DNA of 50,701 nucleotides from assembly GCA_046570105.1 (NCBI GenBank), contig JBKHVI010000015.1, positions 1-50,701 of the forward strand, written 5' to 3'. Position 1 is the stretch's first letter. Every line of letters begins with the position of its first letter. The stretch is from Bacteriovoracia bacterium (GTDB taxonomy: Bacteria > Bdellovibrionota > Bacteriovoracia > Bacteriovoracales > Bacteriovoracaceae). Shown in pieces: positions 20,040 through 30,796 of the stretch. The position numbers were made by a program, and so were the translations under genes. The notes beneath the pieces are model-generated. The model worked only from the letters and a program-made list of their open reading frames with translations, ran no database searches and was not told the DNA's origin.

Positions 20040-20519
20040 TTAGGCTGCGCAACGCTTTTCAAGTTCCTGCATAATCGTTTCCATTTTCAAGACACTTAAA
20101 ATCGCGCCTTCCATTTTGTACACGCCTTGAACAAACATGCGCACATTACTAGGGACTGAAATCGGGCATGATTCAAAGCGATCTTCATCGGCCTCTACGA
20201 CGTCTCCAATTTGATCTACGAGTAATGAGATGAGAACGTCGTCAATACGACAGACCACCACCATCTTCTCGATACTCTCTTCAGACTTCAAACCGAAGAA
20301 TTCTCGCAAACCGATAGCTGTGGCAATCTGTCCTCGTAAATTGATCAGACCATTTATAAATGGAGGAGCAGTCCTCATTTTGGTCAATGACATTGGTTTT
20401 GTGACCTCTTGAACTTTCATCACATCAATTCCATACCAACGACCATCAATATAGAATGTCGAAAACTGACAAGGTTCTTTCGTCGTTTTGATTGTTGTAC
20501 TGTCCAATATTGTTTTCAT
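20040..20519 (-). CDS. cheW: CheW adaptor
   Basis: YGIDVMKVQEV, GLINLRGQI and LLVDQIGDV motifs; start moved to ATG 20519 overlapping the cheA stop. Confidence 0.92.
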   Translation of the reverse strand: MKTILDSTTIKTTKEPCQFSTFYIDGRWYGIDVMKVQEVTKPMSLTKMRTAPPFINGLINLRGQIATAIGLREFFGLKSEESIEKMVVVCRIDDVLISLLVDQIGDVVEADEDRFESCPISVPSNVRMFVQGVYKMEGAILSVLKMETIMQELEKRCAA

Positions 20520-23479
20520 GCGATTTTCCTCTTCTGAGAATTCAAGCATTCACTTACGAGCAAAGTTAGAAGTTTACCTTTTCCTTTTTCTAGAAAAGTA
20601 GAAAAGCCTGCCAACTTGGCTTCTTTTAAATCAGCTTGGGAATTTTTTGTAGTAAATGCAATCAAAGCGGTATTTCGCATTCTTTCAATACCACGCACTT
20701 TTTTAGCAAATTCGTATCCATTCATTCGTGGCATTTCAATATCTGAGACAATGACATCAAAACTGCAGCGATGATTAGCAATCTGTCGTAAACCTTCGAT
20801 ACCATCGACGGCCACTTCAACCTGATAACCTTCTGCGATTAAGTCTTGAACAATTTTAGTTCGTATCGACTCGGTATCTTCAACGACCAACACTTTACGC
20901 CCAGAGTTTCTCGGTATTTCTTGACCAATTTTTTTCAAAGCACCTTCAAAAATTCGCTCTACATCTACCACCACGACGATTTCGTTAGTAGTAACGAGAT
21001 TTCCAATAATCGCCTCGTGACTTGTGACTGATTGATCTAAATAATCACGAGTAGAAAGTACATCGATGATCTGATCTACTTCTAGGCCAAACAATTGCTC
21101 ATCCATTTTTACAACGATGACTTGGGTGATATCCTTGTTCTCTTCTTTGTCGTGACCTAAGGCTTCGTTTAAAGAGATGAGGCGCAAGACTCCACCTCGA
21201 TAACGGATAACTCTCTCCTCACCTGACAGCTCTATTGTTGAAGTTTTAATTTCTTCCATGCGCGATACCATCGAAAGTGGAATAGCATGCTTGGCCCCTT
21301 TACCCATCGCAACGAGAACATACTCTCGTGGCCCAACAGCATCAATAACACCCTGTGCATACTTGTCTTGTAGCTCCATTTCACGTTCTTTACTTAATCC
21401 GACAGAACCGAAATGCTTAAGCGCTATTCCTTGGACATCCAAAATAAATGCGACTCCCCCGTCTCCCAGGACGGTCGCACCAGAGTAGACGGAAATAGGC
21501 TTTAGAAAGCGCGCGAGAGGTTTTACGACAATATCGGCGGTATCAAGGATTTCATCTACGACCATCCCAAAGAGATAGTTATCTGAATTAAGAACGACAA
21601 TATTGATTGCTTCGCATTCTGTAACGACTTGCCCTTCCAGGACTTCCTTCAAATTTAACAAAGGAAGAATATTTCCTCGCAAGCGATAAACCGGTCGATC
21701 TTGCACCATCTCAATGGCACTTTTTTCTACTCTAACTAATTCAACTAATTTGACTTGAGGAATTGCGTAACGATCTTCCCCTGAACGAACAATCATCGCC
21801 GGAACAATTGCCAGAGTAAGGGGAATCTTCAAAGTAATCTTTGTCCCCTGACCTTCATTACTCGTTATATCAACGAGACCACCAATTTTCTCGATATTGC
21901 TCTTAACCACATCCATTCCCACACCACGGCCGGAAACATTCGTCACTTGCTCCGCTGTTGAAAATCCCGGAGCAAAGATTAGGGCTTGGACATCTCTATC
22001 TCGCATTGAAGCGGAATCTTCAGCTTTAATGATTCCACGCTCTATCGCTTTCTTTAATAGCTTTTCACGCGAGAGACCACGACCATCATCACTTATATCT
22101 ACAATAACTTGACCACCTTCGTGATAGGCCTTAATTGTTACTGTGCCTGTATCACTCTTCCCAGCTGCTGCTCTGACTTCTGGTGTCTCTATACCGTGAT
22201 CACACGAATTACGCACAATGTGCATAAGAGGATCTTTCACTGCTTCAATTAATGACTTATCGAGTTCCGTTTCAACCCCAATCAAATTGAGATTGATTTT
22301 TTTATTGAGGGAACCAGATAAATCTCGAACAACTCTTTGAAATTTGCTCAAGATATTGCCAATCGGCTGCATACGCGTTTTCATCGTTTCTTCTTGCAAC
22401 TCACTGGTAACAACGTCGAGCTTTTGACTTAAGTTGAGAAACTCGAGATCATCACTTTTGCTGGTATACTGTAAGACTTGGTTTCGTACGAGAACCATTT
22501 CACCCATCAGCGCCATGAGTCTATCGAGCAATGAGACTTGTACACGAATTGTACTGTCCGTTTTGTCTGAAGTTTCTGCACTATTATTAACAGGTGCAGC
22601 TGAATTGGACTTAACGACATCATGAGTTTGTTCTTTGGTCGACACTTTAACTTCCTTTGCGGGGGGCTTAGGTGCTACCACCGCTTTTGATTTTATAAAT
22701 GGATCGAGCAGCCCAACCATGAAATTAACTTCTTTGAGCACTTCATCACTTTCTTTGGATTGAATGCATTGTGGGAAAAGGTCAATACAGAGGAGCATGG
22801 TACTTACATGTGATTTATCAATTTCTTGTTTTTCACCGGAACGCAAACCTTCTAGGCTGGATTCCATCGCATGGGCCAATGCGGATGCTGAAACGAAACC
22901 AAATAATTGCACAGCACCCTTAATAGAATGAATATCGCGGTAAAGCGCATCAACAACACCTTCATCGCATGAGCCGGCCTCAAGTTTCATTAAGGTTGTT
23001 GAAATACGATCTAACGAATCATCTACTTCTGATTTAAATTCGGGATTTATCTCTTCTCGCTGGACATTCATTTCAGGTACTACGGCCATCACCACTTCGG
23101 ACTTGGCCTGTACTTCAACTGGCTCAGTCTCACCGGATTCAGTTGGTAAGTCATAACTAAAGCTATACGGTTGAGCATCCATGATAGCGCGGGTGGCATC
23201 GTTTCCTTTTAAAAACCAACCTATGTAATGTTTGGGAATTGATTGTGTCGATTTCGTCTGCATCAAAACACTTTCAAGCTGATGAACGTGGTGCTGTAAT
23301 TCACCCCAATCCATCATTCCTGCAGCACCCTTGATATTATGATAGGCGCGAAACACTTCATCGTAGAGAGCGGGAGCGGACTCATCATCAGGCAACTGAT
23401 CAAAGCCTAACAAGGCTTTTTCAGCTCTCTCTATCAGCTCGACTATCTCAACTTTAAATTCTTCGAGTTCATCACTCAT
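20516..23479 (-). CDS. cheA: Hybrid CheA (Hpt-Hpt-dimer-HATPase-CheW-CheW-REC)
   Basis: HNIKG and HSIKG Hpt motifs; HIVRNSCDHGIE, DDGRG, GFST, SGRGVGMDVV; two CheW-like domains; C-terminal REC (VVED, SDIEMP); start moved to ATG 23479. Confidence 0.93.
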   Translation of the reverse strand: MSDELEEFKVEIVELIERAEKALLGFDQLPDDESAPALYDEVFRAYHNIKGAAGMMDWGELQHHVHQLESVLMQTKSTQSIPKHYIGWFLKGNDATRAIMDAQPYSFSYDLPTESGETEPVEVQAKSEVVMAVVPEMNVQREEINPEFKSEVDDSLDRISTTLMKLEAGSCDEGVVDALYRDIHSIKGAVQLFGFVSASALAHAMESSLEGLRSGEKQEIDKSHVSTMLLCIDLFPQCIQSKESDEVLKEVNFMVGLLDPFIKSKAVVAPKPPAKEVKVSTKEQTHDVVKSNSAAPVNNSAETSDKTDSTIRVQVSLLDRLMALMGEMVLVRNQVLQYTSKSDDLEFLNLSQKLDVVTSELQEETMKTRMQPIGNILSKFQRVVRDLSGSLNKKINLNLIGVETELDKSLIEAVKDPLMHIVRNSCDHGIETPEVRAAAGKSDTGTVTIKAYHEGGQVIVDISDDGRGLSREKLLKKAIERGIIKAEDSASMRDRDVQALIFAPGFSTAEQVTNVSGRGVGMDVVKSNIEKIGGLVDITSNEGQGTKITLKIPLTLAIVPAMIVRSGEDRYAIPQVKLVELVRVEKSAIEMVQDRPVYRLRGNILPLLNLKEVLEGQVVTECEAINIVVLNSDNYLFGMVVDEILDTADIVVKPLARFLKPISVYSGATVLGDGGVAFILDVQGIALKHFGSVGLSKEREMELQDKYAQGVIDAVGPREYVLVAMGKGAKHAIPLSMVSRMEEIKTSTIELSGEERVIRYRGGVLRLISLNEALGHDKEENKDITQVIVVKMDEQLFGLEVDQIIDVLSTRDYLDQSVTSHEAIIGNLVTTNEIVVVVDVERIFEGALKKIGQEIPRNSGRKVLVVEDTESIRTKIVQDLIAEGYQVEVAVDGIEGLRQIANHRCSFDVIVSDIEMPRMNGYEFAKKVRGIERMRNTALIAFTTKNSQADLKEAKLAGFSTFLEKGKGKLLTLLVSECLNSQKRKIA

Positions 23480-23531
23480 TAGTTTTCCTTGCCACTGTTT
23501 AAAACATTGCAAACGATACGAAGCCTTACTA

Positions 23532-23559
23532 TTTTCGGAGACTCTTGGATTTTGCTCTA
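23532..23559 (-). promoter_or_regulatory. Candidate sigma28 (FliA) promoter of the che operon
   Basis: Minus strand TAGA-N16-TCCGAAAA about 50 nt upstream of cheA. Confidence 0.4.
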
Positions 23560-23818
23560 AGCTTATTTTGCGGACACTTTCTGGTACTTTGAAGGAACCA
23601 TAAAGTACTTCAACAGCTTAAAGAGCTAAGTAGTGAATTTGTTGAACTTATTAATATATTTTGAAGATTCGTTTTCACTTTTCAGAATTGAAACGAGTGA
23701 AAAGCATGATCAGAAAGTGTTTTCAACCTAGAAAAGAAAAACTCTCGATTTGTTGGTAATGCCCTGATTCTTGGAACTCAAAAAAAAACGTTGAGCCCTT
23801 TGCAACTGAATTACACCA

Positions 23819-25750
23819 CTAAAGTTTAAGTGATTCCGCAGTTCGGCGAAGATCAAGACCTTCATCTTCGAGAGCTTCTTTAATTAACAAAATTTTGCGA
23901 TAGAACGTGGCGGTACTTTCATCACCACGTACAAAATCAAGCTGGCGATCATTAGCGGAGAGATTCAAATCGAGCCGATAAGTTTGTTCAGGCTGCAAGT
24001 ACATCAAAAAACCAATTCCACTCTGAGAGAAAACAGTATTCTTTCTCAGATCCATAAAAGCTTGTAGGCGTTCATTATGGGAGCGCTTCGTATCAACTGC
24101 TTGGGATAACTTTTTACCGATTCTTCCTAGAGCTGAATCAAACTTAAACTGAGCACTATGTTGAATTCCACCACGATCATGGCGTGGACCGTCCACAAAA
24201 TAGTCAGTTGCCGTGAGGCCCTTTTGATACAGATAATTTTTAAACAAAGTCACAATCTCATCTGGAGTGAGTTCCGGAGTGTTAAATACCACTTCAGGAC
24301 CCAAGACAAGCTGATACCGCATACCAAAGTTGCGAAGGATGTCCTTGTCACCTTGTTGCCAAGCATCGAATGGAATATGCGTATACACAAAATCTGGCAA
24401 CGCCTTCTTCATTTGCAATCGAATGTCCTTAAATTCTTTCTTTCTTAAACGGCTGTCTTTTCTCTCAAAGTTTTGCACAATATTTATTGCTTCTAGTTGC
24501 TCAAACTCACTGTCGACAGACTTAAGCAAAACCTCAACGCCCTTCTTAGTGAAGAGACGTGACCATGAATACCCTACGCGCCCATCGTACGTACGATCAT
24601 AAGATCGAAGTAAATAACGTGTAATAGAATCGTTAGGCTCTCTGATCGAAATTCGGCTAGCAGCTGTCGTGGCATCAAATTCAAACCCAAGAAGTCTATT
24701 GCCAATATCCAAGGAGAAACGTGCACCATCTTGATCAGAGGTCGAGCGAAGTGTACGACGAATACGGGCCACATTATTATTATCATGGTCGGCTCGGAAG
24801 ATATCTTCCAGCGGGGCCAAATCCATAATAATTTTATTTTCAATTTCATTCTTGCTGCTAAATGGAGATGCGAGCTGAAGACTTTTAAAATACTTAGTTT
24901 GTCTTAGAACTTTGTCGTAAGCATCTGCCACAGCAGGATCTCTTAAATTAAGTGTGTAATCGACAATAAAGACGCGAGCATTTGTGTCGTTGTAGCTTAC
25001 TTTAAGAGGTTCTGGGTCAACAATGCGTCGAAGCTGGCGGTCTAATTGTGAAACGCCAAAGACATCAAATTCACCACTCCATCCGACATTGAGGCCGGCA
25101 CCAATTTCCTTACCTCGGCGAGCTATGATCTTTAAGCGAACGTGATCATCATCCTGACGAACGATATGAATTTGATAAGAACCTTGCAGGAGATAACTAG
25201 CAGAAGCTCTCACTCCCCATAATGGCGTTCCCAAAAGCTTAAGCATGTCTGCACTAACAACAAATCCAAGTGAGGCCTTGAAGACGAAGTACTCGCCACG
25301 TTGAAACTTATCACTGAGAGCTGCCGTTGCTTTGAGAGGAACACGGCGTGGAGTATAAGGCAGAGCAATTTCGGCCTGGCAGGCATTCTTGAAAAATCGA
25401 ATGAAGGTGGCTTCAGCGCCATGCTTTGCTCCAATACCTGCGCTCCAAGTATGGCCACCGCTTAACTCTCCATCGGTAGTTGGGACAAGAGATGTATTGA
25501 TTTGCCAGCGGTCTGTTCTGGCATAGAGACCATTACTATAAGCAGGCTCTACTTCGTATTCATAACCTGCAGAAATGTTTCCACCCGAGAAAATATCGTA
25601 ATCAACTAAATCGAGATCAACACTTGGATCAAAACTCGCAATTTGTTCGGCTGCTGTTCGAACACGTTGTCCTTCACAAAAACTACGGGCCTGTGCTGTC
25701 AGAGACAACAAAAGAGTCGAACAGACAAAAACGATCAATTTAATAGACAT
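23819..25750 (-). CDS. Secreted hypothetical protein
   Basis: 643-aa ORF with Sec signal peptide (AQA site); no family recognised. Confidence 0.8.
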   Translation of the reverse strand: MSIKLIVFVCSTLLLSLTAQARSFCEGQRVRTAAEQIASFDPSVDLDLVDYDIFSGGNISAGYEYEVEPAYSNGLYARTDRWQINTSLVPTTDGELSGGHTWSAGIGAKHGAEATFIRFFKNACQAEIALPYTPRRVPLKATAALSDKFQRGEYFVFKASLGFVVSADMLKLLGTPLWGVRASASYLLQGSYQIHIVRQDDDHVRLKIIARRGKEIGAGLNVGWSGEFDVFGVSQLDRQLRRIVDPEPLKVSYNDTNARVFIVDYTLNLRDPAVADAYDKVLRQTKYFKSLQLASPFSSKNEIENKIIMDLAPLEDIFRADHDNNNVARIRRTLRSTSDQDGARFSLDIGNRLLGFEFDATTAASRISIREPNDSITRYLLRSYDRTYDGRVGYSWSRLFTKKGVEVLLKSVDSEFEQLEAINIVQNFERKDSRLRKKEFKDIRLQMKKALPDFVYTHIPFDAWQQGDKDILRNFGMRYQLVLGPEVVFNTPELTPDEIVTLFKNYLYQKGLTATDYFVDGPRHDRGGIQHSAQFKFDSALGRIGKKLSQAVDTKRSHNERLQAFMDLRKNTVFSQSGIGFLMYLQPEQTYRLDLNLSANDRQLDFVRGDESTATFYRKILLIKEALEDEGLDLRRTAESLKL

Positions 25751-25819
25751 AAGATGGAGTTATCCCACAGAACCAGGTGAGAAATGTAAGAACCTGAAAG
25801 AAGTGGTATTTTTTACAGA

Positions 25820-27139
25820 CTACAGAACTTCAGTAACATGGAAGACTTTCCCACGACCTGACTTTTTCGACATATACATCATCTGATCAGCAAAATCGAT
25901 CAAAGCACGAGCAGTCTGTGCATCCTCAGGATAGGTGGCTATTCCTACTGATAAGCTGAGCTTATAAGGCCTGTCTTGTACCGAGAAGTCATGGGCCTTG
26001 ATGGCACCTGAAAGGCGTAAGGCGGTATGTTTAGCGCTATCTAGCCCGACATCTGGCAAGAGGACAATAAACTCATCACCACCATAGCGATAAATCAAAT
26101 CACTCCCTCGCAATTCTCGACGAAGAATGGCGGCCATATCGATCAAGAGTTGAGAGCCATGAACATGACCAAACTGATCATTCACATTTTTGAAAAAATC
26201 GATATCGATAAAGAGCAATGAGAACGATCCTTGAACTGCCACTTTCTCCTCAAGGTCTTGTGAGAGTTTTCGCTGATTCCATAGCCCTGTGATTTCGTCG
26301 GTAAGCGCCAAACGACGCATTCTTTCGCGTTCGAGATGGGCTTCGTAGTGCTCACGTTGGCCACGCAATAGATTGAGGAAATGTGTTCCAAATAATTCAT
26401 CATGAGAGGCATGACTTAAATTTTGACTTGCCCAATAGCAAGTAAAATCCGGTGCGAGCTTCACAATCCAGGCCAGGTGATTTTTAGATCGCTCTAAACC
26501 AAAGAAGATTCCCTTTGGGTCTTGTAAGAAATGTTCCAGTTTTTTTGCCTGCGATTTTCCCAAACGATGCTTTCGGATTAAAAATTCTGCTACACCATGC
26601 GGGAGAAGAAAGCGCTTGTGCTCGCCTATCTCTAGAAACAGAGAAAAATAACGATGAAGATTATCGGCTAAGTCATCCCACTGATCTGCAATCGGTCTCG
26701 TAAAAAAATGGGCCGCTGCTTGTAGCGGAGACCATTCACCTGAATTGGCAATACTTCCAGGACGCAAGCTTACTCGACGTAAAGCCTGAGCTAATTCAAA
26801 ATCATCGAAAGGGGCTAGCAATACATCATAGGCGCCGGCACGAAAAAAATGAACCAGCAGATGGGGGTCACTCTTGGGCGAAACTACCAACAAGGCGGCA
26901 TTAGGAAAACGATAAAGTAATTCTTGTACCAGCTTCAGACCTTGTCCAAAGTGGGCAGGCACTCGCACCAAAAGGATATCAACCCTGGCGAGATCATTAT
27001 TCATATCGTCAGATGTCGCTGCAAAAGCAGCTCTCACCTTGAGGCGATGTAACTTGAGAGCACCTTTGACTTTCTCGATTAGCGTCGGATCTAGACCTAA
27101 TCCCAGAAGTCGAGTGCCCGTCTTTGGAGACGAGACCAT
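25820..27139 (-). CDS. Diguanylate cyclase with N-terminal atypical receiver domain
   Basis: TDEITGLWN, IDIDFFKNVNDQFGH, RGSD I-site, RYGGDEF; REC-like N-terminus. Confidence 0.9.
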   Translation of the reverse strand: MVSSPKTGTRLLGLGLDPTLIEKVKGALKLHRLKVRAAFAATSDDMNNDLARVDILLVRVPAHFGQGLKLVQELLYRFPNAALLVVSPKSDPHLLVHFFRAGAYDVLLAPFDDFELAQALRRVSLRPGSIANSGEWSPLQAAAHFFTRPIADQWDDLADNLHRYFSLFLEIGEHKRFLLPHGVAEFLIRKHRLGKSQAKKLEHFLQDPKGIFFGLERSKNHLAWIVKLAPDFTCYWASQNLSHASHDELFGTHFLNLLRGQREHYEAHLERERMRRLALTDEITGLWNQRKLSQDLEEKVAVQGSFSLLFIDIDFFKNVNDQFGHVHGSQLLIDMAAILRRELRGSDLIYRYGGDEFIVLLPDVGLDSAKHTALRLSGAIKAHDFSVQDRPYKLSLSVGIATYPEDAQTARALIDFADQMMYMSKKSGRGKVFHVTEVL

Positions 27140-28906
27140 TTAAACGTCCAAATTCTTTTTCAGTTTTTCAAGGGTCGCTAGTTTTGGGTCGTCTACTTCA
27201 AGAATTCCAATGGCAGTTCGTAAAGTTTTAATGGCCTTATCCAGCTTACCTTCCAACTCTGTCTTATCACCCATCGATTTCTGCTCGAGGGAATTAAGAG
27301 TGTCCATTTCAAATTCCATAGCGTCAATACGTCGTTTTAATTCTAAGATTTTCATATCGCGATGACGAATTTGTGTTTCGGCATCACTCTTCAATAATTC
27401 TAGTTTTTGCTCGAGCTCTCTTTCACGGCTCGAGACTTTTTTGACTTCAAGTTTCACTTTTTGCTGCAGAGCTTGAATCTCGCCCTGATATTCACGTGCT
27501 CGCTCTTCTGCCAGTTTGCGACGCTCTTGCTCGAGTTCAAATTGATACTTCAAATCCTGAGATTCTTCAGTCATGCGTTTTTTCATTAACTGAATTTCAA
27601 TTTTTTTCTCGTCAAGTTCCGCGCGCATATTAAGGCCCAAACGCTGCTGTGAGAGCTTATCCTCTTCCAGTTGCTCGATCTTTTTAAGCAACTCTCCGCG
27701 ATCCCCTCTCAGATGATTAAGCGTGGCCTGTAGACGCTCGAGCTCTGCATTGTAATTTCCGACCGCACTTTGATAATTGCTGCGTTCTTCTTTGGTTGAG
27801 ACACTTGAGCTGGACTTAGACTGAGGGACTTCTTGCGGCAAAACAAAGCTCGGTTTAGTGGCTTCTCCAACAGACGGAGATGATATTTTAATAGATGGTG
27901 ATGTCGCTTTCGAAATTGATTGCTCAACTCTCTCTTCTACTGCAAAAGACAATTCTTCATCACCGCTTTCGTCATCTTGTTCGAGAGTTGGAGCAGAGGG
28001 AAGTTGCTTTTTTGCCAAAGTTTTAAGCTCAGCTCCCAGAGAAATGCCGCTTCGAGTAAACAAACTCTCCTCGGGGTCAGCTTCAAAGTTTGCCACTTCG
28101 ATCATACCAGGGTCACTTAGTTCATTTAAGCTCCCCTCACCTAAATCCAAAGCATCAACATCACCCGACAAACTTAATTCATCGCCAGCACCATCGTCTA
28201 ACAGGGCTTCGGCCCCAAGTGACAGAGCATCCGCACCGTCATCTGACAAACTAATTTCTTCACCACCCTCAGCAGATAGATCAAGATCATCCATCGCCAG
28301 GGCAGGATTAGTGACTTCTTTTAATTCACCTGGTGCAGGACGCATCATCGTTTGAGTAGCATCTGCAACCATAATCTCTTCAATCTCGGCAAGTTTGGCC
28401 AAAACATCTTCTTCTAGTCCACCAGCATCTCCGAGACGTAATTCTGTGACCGTCTCTTCGGCAGATGATTCATCTAAACTCAGATCAAAATCTTCGCTCG
28501 CACTAGGTGCTTCAACCGATTCATCAGCATCCAATGACAAATCTAAGTCATCATCGGTGGAAATCGTTTGAGGTGCGTCCTCAGACAAAGAAAGCTCACC
28601 CACATCATCAAGTTCAAGGTCTTTATCTACCATGGCCACTTCTCCGTCTTGTTCACTTCCAATCGTGAAATCTAAATCAATTTCCATGCTTTTATCATCC
28701 GCACCAGATGAGCCTGCTGCTGCTAATCCAACAATTGTTCGAGTCGCTTCCGCTTGGCGCGAAAAGACTTGATCAAACTTGCTTTGGATTTTTTGGTGCT
28801 GTGGATTAGCTAAATACTTAGCCAAAGCAGCATCGTCACCAAAACCCATATTTTTTAATGAGTCAGCTAGTGCAGCATCTTGGCCCACAGCTTTTTTCTC
28901 CGACAC
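27140..28906 (-). CDS. Acidic low-complexity protein with long C-terminal coiled coil
   Basis: Repeated D/E-L-x-L motifs followed by ~200 aa of heptad-rich sequence; start moved to GTG 28906 behind a GAGGAG SD. Confidence 0.8.
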   Translation of the reverse strand: MSEKKAVGQDAALADSLKNMGFGDDAALAKYLANPQHQKIQSKFDQVFSRQAEATRTIVGLAAAGSSGADDKSMEIDLDFTIGSEQDGEVAMVDKDLELDDVGELSLSEDAPQTISTDDDLDLSLDADESVEAPSASEDFDLSLDESSAEETVTELRLGDAGGLEEDVLAKLAEIEEIMVADATQTMMRPAPGELKEVTNPALAMDDLDLSAEGGEEISLSDDGADALSLGAEALLDDGAGDELSLSGDVDALDLGEGSLNELSDPGMIEVANFEADPEESLFTRSGISLGAELKTLAKKQLPSAPTLEQDDESGDEELSFAVEERVEQSISKATSPSIKISSPSVGEATKPSFVLPQEVPQSKSSSSVSTKEERSNYQSAVGNYNAELERLQATLNHLRGDRGELLKKIEQLEEDKLSQQRLGLNMRAELDEKKIEIQLMKKRMTEESQDLKYQFELEQERRKLAEERAREYQGEIQALQQKVKLEVKKVSSRERELEQKLELLKSDAETQIRHRDMKILELKRRIDAMEFEMDTLNSLEQKSMGDKTELEGKLDKAIKTLRTAIGILEVDDPKLATLEKLKKNLDV

Positions 28907-29089
28907 AAAGAGCTCCTCTCGTAATATTAACAACTCAAATAATATCAGGACTTAGAGCGAGAGCACTTCTTTGCTATAAGCGGCAAAGATTTCTAGAGTA
29001 ATTCGCTCGGAATCTGCTTGGAATGTTCCTTGTACCTACACCCAGAGCGTAATAAAATCTTGAGGATATCTAATTTCGGGAGTTGATAC

Positions 29090-30067
29090 ATGAAACTTGC
29101 TCGTCTCGCTCTTTTAGCGATGACCTTTATTTTGAATACCGCCAAAGCACAGGATTTTTTTCCTGCCCATCTTATCAATCTCGAAGATCGATTTGCTCAT
29201 CATGTGCTGCTGGTTGAAAAGTCGACCCACAGTCTTTTTGTCTACGAAAACAAGGGTGGCCTTCCCCAATTAGTAAAAAGCTTTAAAATCGCCAGCGGAA
29301 AAAACAAAGGCGATAAAGTTAAAGAGGGAGATCGCAAAACTCCTGAAGGGATCTATACACTTAACGAATTTTTTTCTGAGCAATTGCTTAAACAGCGTCA
29401 TGGAGACATGGCAAAGATGTACGGTGCCGGTGCATTCACGACGGACTACCCGAACTTAATGGATCAACGTCAAGGTAAAACAGGCAGTGGTATTTGGCTG
29501 CATTCAACTGACGATGCGACCAGGATTGATAAAGGTCTTGATTCACGTGGTTGTGTTGTCGTTAACGATCTTGATCTCAAGTCAGTCGCTCAATACCTAG
29601 ACCTTCCTCACACACCTATGATTGTGGTTCAGGATATAACTTATCTTTCAAAAAAATCTTGGGACAAAACTCGCTCTGAACTGATGGGAACTGTTGAAGG
29701 TTGGGCGAACGCCTGGAAAGAAAAACGTTTTAATGATTATATTTCTTACTACCACACGACTGAATTTAAAGATCGTTCGCGTGGAGGTTTCCAGGCCTAT
29801 CGCGCTTATAAGCAAGCCGTCTTCGCTAGACCAGATAGCCCTAAGATCACCATCGATTCTGTTTCGATTCTCTTTGCAGAAGGCTATGCCGTTGCCACTT
29901 TAAGACAGGACTACCGCTCAGTCATCATCAATGACACTGGTAAGAAAACACTCTATCTGCGCCAAGATGATAATTATGATTGGAAAATTGTTGCCGAAAT
30001 TTGGCAGCAATATCCGGATGAATCTAATGTAGCCTTCACGCCTTCGGCGCGCTTTTTTAAAGAGTAA
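29090..30067 (+). CDS. YkuD-family L,D-peptidase with C-terminal NTF2-like domain (Csd6/Pgp2/Bd1075 type)
   Basis: Signal peptide; GDRKTPEGIY, GIWLH...SRGCV (His/Cys catalytic motif); WANAW...KTLYL...WKIVAE NTF2-like tail. Confidence 0.85.
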   Translation: MKLARLALLAMTFILNTAKAQDFFPAHLINLEDRFAHHVLLVEKSTHSLFVYENKGGLPQLVKSFKIASGKNKGDKVKEGDRKTPEGIYTLNEFFSEQLLKQRHGDMAKMYGAGAFTTDYPNLMDQRQGKTGSGIWLHSTDDATRIDKGLDSRGCVVVNDLDLKSVAQYLDLPHTPMIVVQDITYLSKKSWDKTRSELMGTVEGWANAWKEKRFNDYISYYHTTEFKDRSRGGFQAYRAYKQAVFARPDSPKITIDSVSILFAEGYAVATLRQDYRSVIINDTGKKTLYLRQDDNYDWKIVAEIWQQYPDESNVAFTPSARFFKE

Positions 30068-30070
30068 AGC

Positions 30071-30796
30071 ATGATTGAAAAAGAATCGAATGAGCTTCAT
30101 CTCATTCTCCATGATCATCCTGAACCACCACGCCTATTGGTGATTCCAAAAGCACGTCTTAAGAGATTTTTAATTCTTGTTCCACTAATTGTTATTATGA
30201 TGGGCGTTTCTCTTGTATTAACAATAATGTGGTCACGCACACAGAATATCCAAGTGCAGATGCCATCTCTTCCAGTGGCAGGCAACAATTCTAAAATTAA
30301 TGATCTTGAAGCTGAACTCAAAGCTCTTCAGACAGCACAAAAAGCTTTGCAGTTGAAATTATCGACTCAAGGTGTTCCTGAACTCGACATTTGGTTGGGG
30401 CCGGTCAAAAAGCCTTATGCTCTCCAAGACCTCACAAACAAAAAACTTCTCAAGATCGAGAGTATGACTCTTGAAGACGGAGCTGGGAAACGCGTATTGC
30501 GCTTTCATCTCATTAATACTGGCAGTGAGCTAGAAAGAGTTACCGGCCATATTTTTGTCTTTCAAATTGATAGTCGCGGACTCTCACCCTACCCTGCGAT
30601 GACCCAACAAGAATGGCTGGAAGGTATCCGCTACAACAAGGGCGAGAGCTTTGCTGTCGCTCGTCTACGGCCTGTGGAAGCTCCTTTCCCACCAGCTGAT
30701 GCGGAGGCGCGCTTTCTGGTTGTTGTGTTTAATCGTGAAGGAGATCTACTTATTCGCCAAGAATTAGTGGGGCCGTTTAAAGCTGGAGCACCTTAA
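30071..30796 (+). CDS. Single-pass membrane protein with coiled coil, hypothetical
   Basis: 241 aa, TM at about residues 33-54, short coiled coil; TAATG coupling to the bactofilin gene. Confidence 0.75.
   Translation: MIEKESNELHLILHDHPEPPRLLVIPKARLKRFLILVPLIVIMMGVSLVLTIMWSRTQNIQVQMPSLPVAGNNSKINDLEAELKALQTAQKALQLKLSTQGVPELDIWLGPVKKPYALQDLTNKKLLKIESMTLEDGAGKRVLRFHLINTGSELERVTGHIFVFQIDSRGLSPYPAMTQQEWLEGIRYNKGESFAVARLRPVEAPFPPADAEARFLVVVFNREGDLLIRQELVGPFKAGAP

Noticed and set aside
23584..23703. Inverted repeats GTACTTT/AAAGTAC and TTTTCACT/AGTGAAAA in the intergenic region upstream of cheA
   Set aside because: Short AT-rich arms in AT-rich DNA; may be operators or a terminator but cannot be distinguished from chance
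27858..28355. 165-aa Ser-rich plus-strand ORF
   Set aside because: Antisense shadow of the Asp/Glu-rich gene
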